64,000 nucleotides of DNA from the human T2T-CHM13v2.0 reference genome, Homo sapiens. Shown piece after piece: positions 42,781 to 56,199 of this stretch. The translations under genes were made by a program, and so were the position numbers. Each line of letters starts with the position of its first letter. Position 1 is the first letter of the stretch. The notes under the pieces are model-generated. The model worked only from the letters and a program-made list of their open reading frames with translations, ran no database searches and was not told the origin of the DNA. The stretch lies in the NCBI RefSeq assembly GCF_009914755.1, contig NC_060928.1, one strand, 5' to 3'.

Positions 42781-45700
42781 GACTCAAGTATCTCAAAGTA
42801 GGCGCTGCTCTCCTCCTACCTCCTGGCTGTCCGTCTTCATCCCAGTGTCACCCACTCCCCACCGAAAGGCTGATCTTTTCTCCACCATCAAAACTCATTT
42901 GTTTCATATGTTTTGGGACCTCAAAATCCTTGACTAAACTGATAAACTAATATGAATTAGTGATGTAATTGAAGTGTAATAAATAAGATAGCACACTCAG
43001 TCTCCAAAAACAGGCCCCAAAATAAGCCTCCTCACCTCCTTATTCTTTCACTTGTGCAGCATTCTAACCGATACCAAAAAGGAAAAGGATTTCTCCTAAA
43101 GTAGTATTTTGAGAATTCATGGGTTTGTCCCTTTTTTTTCTCCTCTCAAGGAACAAAAGCACCCATCATTATATCCCCTAGAGCTAGAGTCTTCTCAAAT
43201 GTACCCAGGCTAAGAAGTCACTGCTCTAACTCCGTCTCATCTCCTCTCCTCTAGTCAATCCTGAATGGTTTCTGAACAAGTTGATTAATCTTTCTCCATC
43301 AAAATTAATCTTTCTCCACCAAAATCCACACATCCTGAGTCTCTTCCAACTCATTCTCTGAACACTTAAGCTCTTCAAAGGGCCCTTTTTTCTGTTCCAC
43401 TCTCAGTAGTCAGTCCCCCCATCTCCAGCATCATGGTCTAACCAAGCCCTCCAAATAACAAGCCAAGTATGGTTCACATACTCCCAATACATTAGCAAAA
43501 CACAAAATATTCGTTTTGCCCACAAAACTTTCCTCCTGGCTATTCTACTGTTGTTTTTTCCTAGTTAAATTCATACAATAAATAGTGTATCTGCTTGTTC
43601 TTAAATTGATCCACTCATTCAGGAAATATTAATTGAGTAGTTATGCCACTGAGAAGCTCCTTTCTCCTATTCCTATGATTCCAAGAGTAAGAACTACTGC
43701 AACAGTAGTATCTTTGGTCTCCCTCCCCACATTCCTTCATTCCTCCTAAGGGAAAGGAATTAAGTCTATTATTGTAGACTTGAGGAGAAAGAATTGAGCA
43801 AGCTTGACAGAGGCTTTTCTGGGCCTCACTTCTTCACAACTGTTGGTCCAGGGAGGGCATCCTGGTTGACTCTGTACTATGTGGTAAGCGTATGGGCCAA
43901 GTTCTAGCCCTATAAGGAGAATCCTACTACTTTGAAAAGTAAATTCAATTAATGCGAGATCAGATGGCCCATCCATGCAATATACTCTAATTCAACTTTT
44001 ACAAAATTTAAAGAAACAAAAACAAAAACTCCCTTCTATTTTGATCTCTAGAGTCACCCCACAAAAAGGCACTGGCCTGAGAGACAAGTAGGGACTAAAG
44101 TCCAGCCCAGCTTCTGCACACCAAGCCAGTTCCCTGGTACCTTCCTTCTAATTCACCCACGCAGAGACAGTTCTTTACAATCATCTTCCAGGAGTGGGTG
44201 TTTTCTTCTAATTCATATGCTCAAATGAAAAGAAAGGAGGTGGCTTTTCTAATCTAAACAAAGGTAACTTATGTGCTAACAGCAGCCTGTTGATTGCCAG
44301 CTATCTGATTCCCGTGTCTATCTACCAGTCAGCTCCAACTTAAGAAGGAAAGCAAGGATGATTTATTTAGCTCCTAAACCTTACATACTACTATGTACCA
44401 GATACTGTGTTAGGTACTGGGGAAAAAAGGATGAGTAATACAGAGTCGCTGACTTTAAAAACGTGCTATCTAGCTAAATTCCCTCAGTCCTCAAAACTAG
44501 CTAGTTAGCTTGTTTGTTTTGTATAAAGATGTGATCTACTGTGGGCAAAAGTCTGGATTCTTGGCTATCCCATGCATGGGAGACATGAGTTGAGCTGTGT
44601 GGATCAGAGGCCGGAGCAAAGTATGGCAGTCAGAGTAGCAGTGCTGTGATGGATGAAAGCATCCCACAGACACAGGCAAAGGATACAAGTTCCTCAAATG
44701 TAGGTGCAACAAAATTGACTTTGCACACAGACAGCTCCACAGGGCAGGAAGGACAGTGGCACTCCCAGAGTGAGGGGCAAGCACACCTGTCCAACAAGTG
44801 CATCACATGGTTGATGGTACCAGAGTACCTGCTCAGGATTAGATCCTGCCAGGACCCTCAAGCCGCTCCCTTTGCCATTGCAGTGGAGCTTTGTTATACC
44901 CTCATGACCCCAACCCCAGTTCTGAAGATTGTGACTATGAACCTACATGCTCACCAGAGTTAAAAACTCCAGACACTCCTCTTTACTGCAAGGCTGGGTG
45001 AATCAAAATATCTGGTTTCGCAGGATATTATCTCCTAGCAGCTCTGGCTCCAGCACTTTGATATAGGGATTATTTTCCCCTTAGGTCTCATCACCTGGTA
45101 AGAAAGACTCTAAATCGAAGCATATAGGTCCATTCGGGATATCAGTTAATAATCCATTTTTATTTCCCAGTAGGAAAATGTGTCACTTTAATGCCTAAAC
45201 TTTAAAACAAGTGTTTGTTAGTTGTTGTTTTTGCTGATTTCTTATTATTTTATTCTATAGTTTTTCAAGCATATACAAGTATTTTTATTTTTCCTAACAG
45301 CAAAAGAAAACTGGTGTGTGTGTGTGATTATTTTATTTTATTTTTTTAGCTTACATAAAGGCTAGAGACTGTGCCTAGGTATGAATTTCCTCTCCAGTTT
45401 CTAACTCAGGTCTCTTCCTTTCCAGCAAGTATTCTTAACAACAAAAAGAAAAAAATGATATAGTCCCAATGAATAGGTTACTTCATTCAATTTTTCTGCA
45501 GACAGCGGTTTGTTAATAACTAGCACCTCTGCTTTTTCTTAATAACAGTAGAGAAGTTTGATTTAGACATTCAGATATGAAATGACTAAATTTGTTCTCA
45601 AAATTGGAGTATGTGAGTTTTTTCTAAGGGTAAGAGAAGTAAGAATACTGTCTTCAGATTCAAGGTGCAATGCTAAAATAGCAGTTACCCAGAAGGTAGG

Positions 45701-45944
45701 TCTCGAGAAGGAATGATAAGAGTTAGGATCCTGTAACACCAGCAGACAATTCAGTACAGGAAAAGCAGGGTTTTATGAAGCATTTAACTCAGGAGCTGTG
45801 GACAATTCTTTCTGTTCTCCTTTTCCCTTCCCTAAGTAAATATCTGATGCTTGGGCATCCTGTATGAATAGAATACACATTCCCTATTCTTCTTGCCAAA
45901 TAAAAATATTCCTCTATCCTTGTTAGTTCTGCAGCAAAATGGTT

Positions 45945-46170
45945 TCAGTGTCTAGGCTTTGGAGCTAGACTCCGTGAGTTCAAATTCTTGCACCATCATA
46001 CATGTGAGCTCTATGACCTTGGCAAGTCACTTGATTTCAGTAGGCCTTAGTTTTCGTATTTGTAAAGTGAGAATAATTTTTGCTTATTTCCCAGGGTGGA
46101 GATTAAATGAGATAATTAATGTAAAATATTTAACAAAGTTCTGGGAGCATAGCAGGTGCTCAATAACGGT
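45945..46170. mobile_element. MIR SINE
   Basis: aggctttggagctagac...atgaccttggcaagtcacttg...gccttagttttcgtatttgtaaagtgagaataat...gcatagcaggtgctcaataa. Confidence 0.85.
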
Positions 46171-46366
46171 ATATGTTCTCCTGATCTAAAATTACCATGG
46201 TGGATGAAATTTCCCAAGGTGACCTTGATTTTTAAAAAATTTGGACTCACTGTAGGACTGTATGTTTTGCTTTTGGGTTTGGGAAATATGCTGACAATAC
46301 CTATTACTTCTGGAAATGAAGGCACCCAAAAACTGTAATTTAAAAATGAATGGTATGTATGAGGGG

Positions 46367-46793
46367 TGTTAAAGCAAACTAAATATGGCCTGAGAAGGAC
46401 TCCGTAATTCTATATTTGAGTCCTTGTGGATGAACTGTAACCTAGCTTAATAGTCAGACAAAATTGAAAACCTAACTTAGTAGTATGCACCTGTGACAAG
46501 AGCTGAGTGTTAGCCAATCCCAGTGGCCATACTTCAACCATTCATAGACTGCTGAATGTTCAAACTGCGTTCAAATAAGGCAAACGCTGAGTTGTAACCA
46601 ATCTCACTGTTTCTGTACCTCACTTCCGATTCCTGTACGTCACTTTTTTTGTCTATAAATTTGTTCTCACCAGAAGGCACCCCTGGAGTCTCTGTGAATC
46701 TGCTGTGATTCTGAGGACTGCCTGATTTGCGAATCGTTCATTGCTCAATTAAACTCCTTTAAATTTAATTTGGCTGAAGTTTTTCTTTTATCA
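46367..46793 (+). mobile_element. MER57A-type ERV1 solo LTR
   Basis: tgttaaagcaaactaaatatggcctgagaaggactcc...ggctgaagtttttcttttatca; CCAAT boxes, TATAAA, ATTAAA; TSD gggg on both sides. Confidence 0.9.
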
Positions 46794-48041
46794 GGGGTGT
46801 CCTAGTAAGTTATTATTTGTTCAGTCGATCTTAACTCCTTATGCTAGATTAATTTATCTGCACACAGAAAAGCAAATTTTAAAAGGTCTCTCGTATATTC
46901 TAGGTAGTTATTCTAGATCCTTTTCTTTATTGCATTTCCCTTTCTCCATTTGTTTTTAGATTTAATTTGGGCTGTCTTTACTTTGTCCTGGATTCTAGAA
47001 TCTACTCCACTTTGAAATTGGCTTCTGGCTGCTTCAGATGTGATAACCTTCAGGACAGCCTTTCTGTCATTTTGGGCCTTAGCACATTTAGCTCACCCTC
47101 CCCCTTCACTCCTACCCTGCCTGGAAGGAAGCCCTATGGTTAGGAAACCCCACTTCCTCATGCTTTTCTCTTTAGTTCTAAGAATCTCCCTGTGAATGGT
47201 TGCTATGGTTGATGAAGACACAGATAGTTTTATCAGCATCCCTGCTTGCCTGGAGGTTTTTAAATTGTTAATGTTTTAAAAAAAGAGCATGTATATGTGT
47301 TTGTGGTCCCTTCTACCTTTCTTTTTCCAATACCCAAGAGAAGGTAAAGTCTTAAGCCTTTCTTTCCTGAGAGACAGCCCAGCCATCTCCTACCCCACAT
47401 GATTTCCACTGGGAATATTAAAGGCACTGTAATATCTAGGAAGGAGAGAAATTTCAGGGCAGGGAGGTTTTCCCTATGCTCCTATACCTTCAGCTTCTAT
47501 GTAAGATGAAAGTAGACCTTAAAAGTTTAGGCATTGGGATATCATCTGTCAGTAGATGGAACTTGCAACTTCTCTTTCCAAGTTCTCTGGCTTCTTTCTC
47601 CATGCAGCTTAGTAATGGACATGTAGCCTATACCAGCTATTCACTAGATTTAAAATCCTTATTTCAGATCAACAAGAGGATGCAGCGAGGTACAATCTTC
47701 CATGTTTGTGAGTAGGGAGAAGGAGTATTTCACCAGAAAGGGGCAGTGGAAGTCTGGCAGGACAGCAGTACTCTGGGTCCACATGGACAGCATGTTCAGA
47801 GCAAGAATCCAGGGAAACTCTAGGTAAACAATGCAACACTCAGCCTCCTTGGAACAGGAGGGGACTGGCGTTCCACATGGGCTGAGATAAGGCAGAAGGC
47901 CATGGTCAGGAGAAGGGAAAAGAGCTGGAGGGGATATCTGTATGAGAAGACTTAAAACCTGGAGCTAAGGGAGTGTGAATACTGGGATCCATGACTGGCT
48001 TGTTCTTTGTCACCATTACTCTAACTTCAAAAATGCTTCAC

Positions 48042-48383
<342 letters not shown>

Positions 48384-48744
48384 CTAAATATTTGCTCACT
48401 TTTCCTTAAGTTGATCTTGATTCAATCTTAAGGAGTTGGATAACCCGAGCTTATTTCATGGTGTCTTCCCTAAGAAACCTTGGCCTTTTGGTTTATATTA
48501 GAATTAAGGTCCAGAAAAAACTAACACAATTTCTTAGAAGTCCAACAAATCACTTCAGACAGAGCCAGACTTTTCAGGGCTGCTCCAACAAGTTTAGGGT
48601 ATACCTCCAACATGAGGCCTAAAGCGAGTTTGGCTTGGGTTGAGGATGTAGTCCATAAAACAATGATGTTTAATGATATGGTAAGATGGGAGGCATTTAT
48701 TTACATAGCTGTTATTAAAGGTACTATAACCAATTTATTGGTAT

Positions 48745-49380
48745 TTTAAATGTTTTATTATGGAGAATTTTAAACATACTCAAAAGTAGATAAAATAGTA
48801 TCATGAATTCCCAGATAACCATCCAGTACCAAGCCCATGGCCAATCTGGCCTATCCACACCTCCATCTATCCCTTCCCTTGAGACTATTTTGAAGGAAAT
48901 CCTAGATATCATATAATTTCCCTTATAAATATTTCAGGATGAATCTCTAAAATGCAATAGCTTGTCTTTATAACAAAACTAACACAACTGAAATATCATT
49001 ATCACATCTAAAAATAATTCCTTAATAATATCAAACATTTAGTGTCGACATTTTAATTGTCTCATAAATATTACAAATAGGGGTTTTCCATGGTGCTTAT
49101 TTAATCAGCATCCAAACAAAGATGAGATATGGTAAATTATTATTGTATTTTAAATATCTTTTAATTTTCATGTTCCATTTTCCTCTCCCTTTTTCCCCCT
49201 CTTGCAATGTATTTGTTGAAAAAATGTGCTTTTATGTCCTATGAACTTTCTCAGTCTGAGTTTGACTGACTGATTACATCTCCTTGGTATTTTAACATGT
49301 TTGTCCATCCTTTGGGTTTTCTGAAAATTGCTAGCTAAATCTAGAGTCATCATCGGATCCAGGCTGAATTTTTTTGCATA
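48745..49380 (-). mobile_element. L1MC-type 3' fragment, antisense
   Basis: ttttattatggagaattttaaacatactcaaaagtaga...ctattttgaaggaaatcctagatatcatataatttc. Confidence 0.75.
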
Positions 49381-49758
49381 TATTAATTTTTACCCAAAAA
49401 AACTATAAGAATAATCTCAAGTTTTACCAAAAACTTATTAACACATTTTTTCTATAATTCATGCCAGAAGATATTACATAAACATCAAAAATTTGAAATT
49501 TAAAAGTGAACAAAGGGCTTCATTTTTGTGGAAAACAACATACACACTCCATTAACCAAAAATAAACACAAGAAAAGTTCAAAAAAGCCCAAATGCTATA
49601 GGGACAACAACTTCAAATTAACCCAAGGATCTAAATAATGCAAAACCTGATATTAGCTACATGCTTTCCAGCCATTAAAATAGAGACTTAGATGTTGAAA
49701 ACTCTATTTTTGATTCAGAGACGAGCTTTGTGCCCCGGGTTTTGGTTCAGTTTGCCTC

Positions 49759-49780
49759 AGCTACCACTAGAGGGAGGCCA
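49759..49780 (+). promoter_or_regulatory. Candidate CTCF binding site
   Basis: ctaccactagagggaggc resembles the CTCF core CCACTAGRGGGCR; ttcagt lies upstream at about U-motif spacing. Confidence 0.55.
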
Positions 49781-52229
49781 ATATGCATTTGAAAAACCCA
49801 AACATAAAAAATTGGCCTGAACCTGGAAGATTTCCATTTTTAAGTTCTTTTTAAAATATCAAACATAGTTCTTATTCAATATTACATATCATTTATTTTG
49901 TGTTTTACTAGGAAGCTTCACACTAAATTAATTTTGTATTTGGAATCTGCCTATAATGCAAAGGAAAAATACAGCCCTTTTGTGGCCTATACAAAGTACA
50001 TGATACAACAGGTACCCCTGAAGTCCTCCTTCACCCCAGATCTTTTCAAGGCATTGAAAGGTACAAGAATACAAGGGGACTATGTCATGGTGACTAGGTT
50101 AAGTTTTTTTAGAGATTCTAAGTGCTTTTTAAGAATGCAGTACCCCAACTCCCTTACAAATTACAATTTTAAAGCAATAAACTATAAAACAAGCATAAAG
50201 AAATCCAACAAATTTCTATTTTCCGATGACAATTAATTTTTTCTGGTGAGTTAGAGGAGAAATATTTAATTCCCCCCCCACCCAACAAAAAACATTACTC
50301 AATACTCCTTTGCTGGAGGGCTAAGCACACGCTTAGTCAGCTTTATAGATAATCCAGATAATCCAGTTCTGCCTCCCATCCTGCAAATAATTAGCTAAAA
50401 TGTCGGCACTAACTAATCTCTCTTTTGCCACAAAATATGCACATTCCTTATAATGCTTATGCTTTACATTAACCTAGCTCTTTAAGATTTATAACTCATT
50501 TTCACATGCTATTTCATTCTATCCTCAAAACTTTATTTTTATGGGAGAGTATTTTTCCTGCTTTATAAGAAACCAACACTCCAAACAATAAAAATTTGTT
50601 TACAAAGTTTAGTTATATTTCACATAAACAGGACTCAAATTCAGTGCTTCTAACTTCTAAAACTCAGGTACTTTATGGTTCTACTGATGAGGCTATTGTC
50701 AGGAATTTCACTTCCCCTATGAACAATCCTGTTTCTCATTGTCAATGCCTGGAAGATTCTAAAAGCATCAAAGTCACACTTATGCTTTCCATTTCCGTAG
50801 ACTTGGCAAGGAACTATGCGGGCATGCACTGAATGGCCAGTCTCAGTGCCAAATGGAAAACCTATCCTCAGGCTCCTTGGCTCTGCCAGGTCAGAAGACT
50901 CAGAGCACACACTACACTGCAGCTGTTGAGGCCATGGGAAGTAGGACCAATGGAGTGCAGCCCTATGAGGCATATAGAAGGTGCTGAGGTTGGAGTTTTT
51001 CATGGCAATAACAAATGTACCTATGATCACTGATCACAGACATCTTTCCCAGCTGGTGGGGGCAGTGGCAAGTCTAAGCCATAAAACCCAGCAGAAATAA
51101 AATCTGTCCAGGGCTAAGTGGTGTGCTGATGATTTTTTAACAACCAGCTCTTCTGGAAAGGAGGAAAGAAAGCCCTGGTTTGTAGTTTGCCAAAACTCCC
51201 ACCATGGCCAATTTCGAGTGTACCAAGCAAGCATCATATCATTAAATATGAAGTTGAGAAGATACGCTAACAATCAGCACTTGCACTCCACTCCTCAGTC
51301 CCTATGCCTAGAGCACCCCACTCTGGCTGTGCAAATATTAGGAGCAGGGTTGATTAGAAAACCCTCCATTCCATACCACTATGGAATCTATGGATGGATT
51401 TTCCATGAGCACAACTGGCTTCTTGGACCATCCCTTACTTCTCTTCAAGGGTAAAGAATTTATTTATCTAATTGGTGTGTTAGGGAGAAGCAACTGAGCA
51501 TGCTGAGCTAAGCTCCTTTCTGCCCTTTCTCTCAGGGATCTGTCTGCCTGAAGACAATGTGCTTTCTGTTTTGGCTGCTGTCATGAGATAAAAGTCAGTG
51601 GCCTTATGCCACAGTTTTCAGGACAGTCCTGGCATTTCATCCCTTCGACTCTCAAAAGTGTCTTGGTTTGCACAACAAATTATGTGTCACTTTATGTAAA
51701 AGGGACTAACCCTGCAGAGCAAGGCCTGGCAGGCAACCAGAAAAATGGCTATTTCTGGTGCAGTCCTAGGAAACCTACTGTTACCACACAACTGAGCCAC
51801 ATTCTTCAATATCACTTTTATTGATAATAAACCTGACATTTTGATCTTCATCGGTTTGATTATTTTATCTAACTCTAGTTATATGCCAAACACAAGGAGT
51901 AACAACAGAGCCATCATTTTGGAGACTCTTAAAACTTCATCAAACTGAGTGCCCTGAAAAGTGACTGGTTGTGGCTTTTAGATAAGAAGAAAGTGGAAGT
52001 CCACACACACAGAAACAAAGGAGACTAGGATCATTAAGACAATTATCCACAAGCTCCCAAATCTACATTAAGAAAACAAAATACTAAAAATTTTTAGTGA
52101 GAGTTGACTCATAACAGCACTGCTATAATAAGAATTTAGAATTAAATTGAGGTGGCTTTATAAACCGTGGGTCACCACCACAAATATGTAGGGTACACCA
52201 CTCTGTTGCTGCCTAAGCGTATTTAAGCT

Positions 52230-52250
52230 AGCTACCACTAGAGGGACCCT
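52230..52250 (+). promoter_or_regulatory. Candidate CTCF binding site
   Basis: ctaccactagagggaccc, same core and orientation as the 49759 site. Confidence 0.5.
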
Positions 52251-53189
52251 AATCGCCAAACATCATTTATAGCTAACCTTAACAGCCCTTTTCCTTTCCT
52301 TCAGACCCTTGTTTATCTGTATAGATGTAGTTGTGGAACACCAAAGTGGCACTCAAAGAAAGTAAAATAACAAAGTTCTTAATATTTGTGAAGTACTGAA
52401 ACATGCACTGTTTCAGACTGTGTCTCCAAATTAACCTCTCTTCTTAAAGCTCACCTGACCATAGGTTTAGTTCAAATGTGGAATGGATCATTTGCTTTTT
52501 AAAAGCCACATCCAATTATAGAGAATCATAAGTTAATATTCACATCCTTTTGCGATTACAATTGTGTTAAATGAAATACTTCTTTCAAGCAAGTAAGCCA
52601 TTACTATGCTTTCAAACTCCTCCCAAAATCAGTGTCTGGGGAGTAAGGAGTATGCAAACCTCAGGATAACACACACAGAGACACACACTCATATAGAGCA
52701 CAGGATAAAAAGTTATACAAAAGGAAAAGTAGCTTTATATTCCAGATTATCACAATCAAACAGTTCAGAGGAGATTTACACTGCCCTGGACCTGCCTAAC
52801 TTTAACTACCAGCAGCTAAGTTGCAAGCACACCAGGAACCTTGACTTCAGTGCATGACCAAAAACAGGGTGGGGAGTAACACAGCAAGAACATTTCCAGA
52901 CAATTCTGCTGATGCACTTGTTGGTTCGGTTATTTTCTTGCCAGGGCCACACATACACACCCATAGGCAGTGCCTCCAGGTCACGAAACACACTGGAAAT
53001 GTGTATATTGTTCAGTCAATATCAATTAGACAAAAAGACAAACCATATAATGCACTATCCAAAGAGGATTTGTTTTTTGCTTTAATCGTTGATTTTGCTT
53101 GCTTGCTATAGCTAAGACAACTAGTCACCTACACAACATCTATTCTCTTCTTTTTCCTTAATGATAGAACTTTAAGAACTTTAATTTTA

Positions 53190-53578
53190 TTCCAAGTAGT
53201 GATGTATCCAGCTAAAGGACTGCATTTGCCAATCTCTCCTGCAGATAGGGATGGTTGGTAAACAGTAAGTGGGCCTTTAGAGAAAGCTCCTTAAGACAAA
53301 CAGCTGAAGTATGTCTTTTTGTCCTTTCTGCTTCCTCCCTGATTAGAAGACATATATGATGTCTGTCTGGGATCCCAGCAACCATCTTGGACCACGTGAA
53401 AACCTTGGGGATGGAAATCACATGCTATGGATGGCGAAGAAAACTAAAAGCGCCTGAGTCACTGATACCACTTTAGAGCTACCATATAAGCCTCTCTTAA
53501 GCCTTCCTTTTATGAAAGAAATATAAAATTCCATCTTGCTGAATTCCTATCTGTGTTACTAGCAATTGAACAACTGAT
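53190..53578 (+). mobile_element. MLT1 (J/K/L-like) MaLR LTR
   Basis: ccagctaaaggactgcatttgcc, cagcaaccatcttggaccacgtga, gcctgagtcactgata. Confidence 0.65.
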
Positions 53579-55140
53579 TTGCCAGCCATCTGAATTACCC
53601 AGATTGTCTGATAATTGGTCAATACCCACTTCATTTTAGGATATAGAAATAAAGCTTCAAAACTGGCCATAATAGCTATGGTGATTTGATCCTCAAAACT
53701 AAAAATTAGGTCACACAATAAGAATAGTCTGAATCCACTTATGGGAGAAGCAGATCAGCTTATTTGAAATCGGGTTGTGCTAGAATACCCAGATCATATG
53801 ATTCTATTTTCAGTTATTAAGTTCAAGCACGTTGCAGTAATCCTGACCTGATTTTCCACTTCATCAGGAAAAAGATAAGTTTGCGTACTGTGTGGTACAC
53901 ACTCTTCTAACTAGAAACTTCAGTTTAATACACAATCTCTGAAATTTATTTCACAAAGTGTTCTGAGTTTCCTGAAACTCAGGTTCCCCATAAACTTTGG
54001 GGGTTTTGTTGTAATTACACCTATGCTCCTTTCTCTGTGCTCAGGAAGAAGCATTATTGGCACCTGTATCCTGTAGAACTCAGTTCTATATATTTAATAT
54101 TTGCCTTACCTAAGCCCTCTATATATGTTTCCCCATAAAAGGATAATAATACTAACCTTTCCTCCAGTGTGTGTTGTGATGTTTAATTAATGTTTACAAA
54201 GCATTTAGTGAGCTGCAGATGAAAGACTCTAAGGAAGCATAAAGCAATATCATTAGACTGACTCATCAGCTACTTTTATTAGCTATGCAAAATGAAAGCC
54301 ATGTTGCTACAGCCAAAATAGTTATGGATACACATTAGGTAAAAAATATAAATTCCAGCACAATTTAAATCTATATACCACATCTACAAAGCAAACACCT
54401 GAAGCTCCTTAATAGGACAATTTTTTTCTCTGATAAGTATTTGAAATCTGTTAACATTTAAAAATATAAACAGATTAGAAGGTTAGGGTAATGGTAAAAA
54501 CATGATACTTTGGTAAACATATGAAACTCTTTACACTTTCTTATGTGAATGAAGATTTCATTTGCAATGATGTGAAACTCTCTACGATCTGAAAAAAAAA
54601 AAAAAAAAAAAAAAACTTTTAATTGATTCTTTTTCATTTGAAATTAGCAATAATGACCTGAATTCCACAGGAGATAAAAACAATAAATTGAAAACCTTGA
54701 AAATTAGTTCAGGTAATAGTTCTTGAGTTTCTCTGTGCCCTATGTTCAGGTGCAGGCTATTTTATATATAGTCTTCAACAGCTTTCAACCAAGTGGTATA
54801 CAACTGTATTTATTTAATAAGCATATATTAATATTGTATATTTTTTCTGAACCAAGGAATCATTTACACTATACATTCTAGTCTACAATGTAAAACTAAA
54901 ATATCATTTTATTGTGTGACATGGAGCTCTTTTTCAAGTTAAAACAGCTCTGTATCCTAGTGTTTCCTTGCTGTGTAGCAGAATGAGAATTAGGAACTAG
55001 GAAGAGCCCAGCTGGTAAGGAGGGTTCGCTTTTTTATAATTAGTTGGGTTAAACCCATAATATCCATCTATAACTTATCCAGGGTATTCTGTTTCAAAGA
55101 GAAGTAATAGTCTTAAAACAGAAAACATGCATTTGTATGC

Positions 55141-55179
55141 ATGTGTGTGTGCATGCACACACACACACACACACACACT
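55141..55179. repeat. (TG)n/(CA)n microsatellite
   Basis: Directly visible. Confidence 0.9.
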
Positions 55180-56199
55180 ACTGTGCAGTCAAAGAACAGA
55201 CTCCATGTCAGTTTTGAAAGACATACCAACTGGGTTCAACATTACATTGTGTCAGAGAATGAAGTGATGACTATCCTTCACTCAAAAAATGCATAGTTGA
55301 ATTTTTCCTCCAACTTCCAATTTGGTTAATTTGAGAACTTGTGGTTTAGTAGGTTACATGGAAGATTAAGGAGACTCACATCCATAATTGTCCCAAAAAA
55401 GCACAAAGTTAACATTCTCCTGAGTTGAAAGTAAAGACTATTATGGAAATTAATTAATCCCTTAACAACAACCACAACAAAATGGCAGGGCACTGCATGG
55501 CAGCACTGCAGGGTCTTTTAAAGGTAAATGGATTTCATGCCATTTTAACCAGTTCAAGTATAAAGTCATCCAAGTTTTAGAAATATTCTGAAACCATTTT
55601 CTTCTGCCTCTTTAACGGCTACTTTTTGATCTCCATTTTTTTTCCTCCTCTAAATGTGTTGTGACTCATACATTTACAACTTGGATGTCCCCAAAATAGT
55701 AACCACCCCCATTCTATTGCCATATATTTTTGTGTTATAAATTAAAATGGGAAGAATACCCATTCAGAATATAATGGAAAACAGCATCCCCCAACTCGCT
55801 CCTGAAGTATCTTCATGAATTCTAAAGAAGCTTAACATTATTCTGAGTCATTTCTTGCTTGGATTTCTTGCTTCTACTGAATTCTCCAAAGTAAAGCTAA
55901 ATTCTCCTTAGCTTTACTTTGCATTGACTTAATAATATGAAGTACATTTCTCTTGACCATTCCTTTGAAACTCACAAAACTTCTTGTTTCTCTTTATATC
56001 ACTCCTATACCTCAGCATGCTCTGAGTTTTATTTTCCACTGTAATATGGCCCATCAAGGTGATTGACCAAACAAAAAGTTTTTGAGGCATATTCTTGATA
56101 GCTTTTAAATGTACATTGCCTCTCCTCCATATGTCAAATTAACTTTCCCACTACAGAGAATTCTTCTGGCACCTATAATTAATATTCTCTTTGGTACAT

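Noticed and set aside
43284-43325. 20-bp tandem duplication attaatctttctcca(t/c)caaa
   Set aside because: Isolated two-copy slippage with no sign of function.
44536-44963. 105-aa and 82-aa ORFs in a more GC-rich patch
   Set aside because: No recognisable protein motif or exon structure; possibly an old LTR that I cannot name.
49898-51030. 112-aa and 126-aa ORFs in non-repeat DNA
   Set aside because: Random-looking composition, no known domain and no supporting splice pattern.
54593-54615. Isolated poly(A) run as a possible retrocopy tail (also 34904-34919)
   Set aside because: No convincing TSD or upstream poly(A) signal at a suitable distance.
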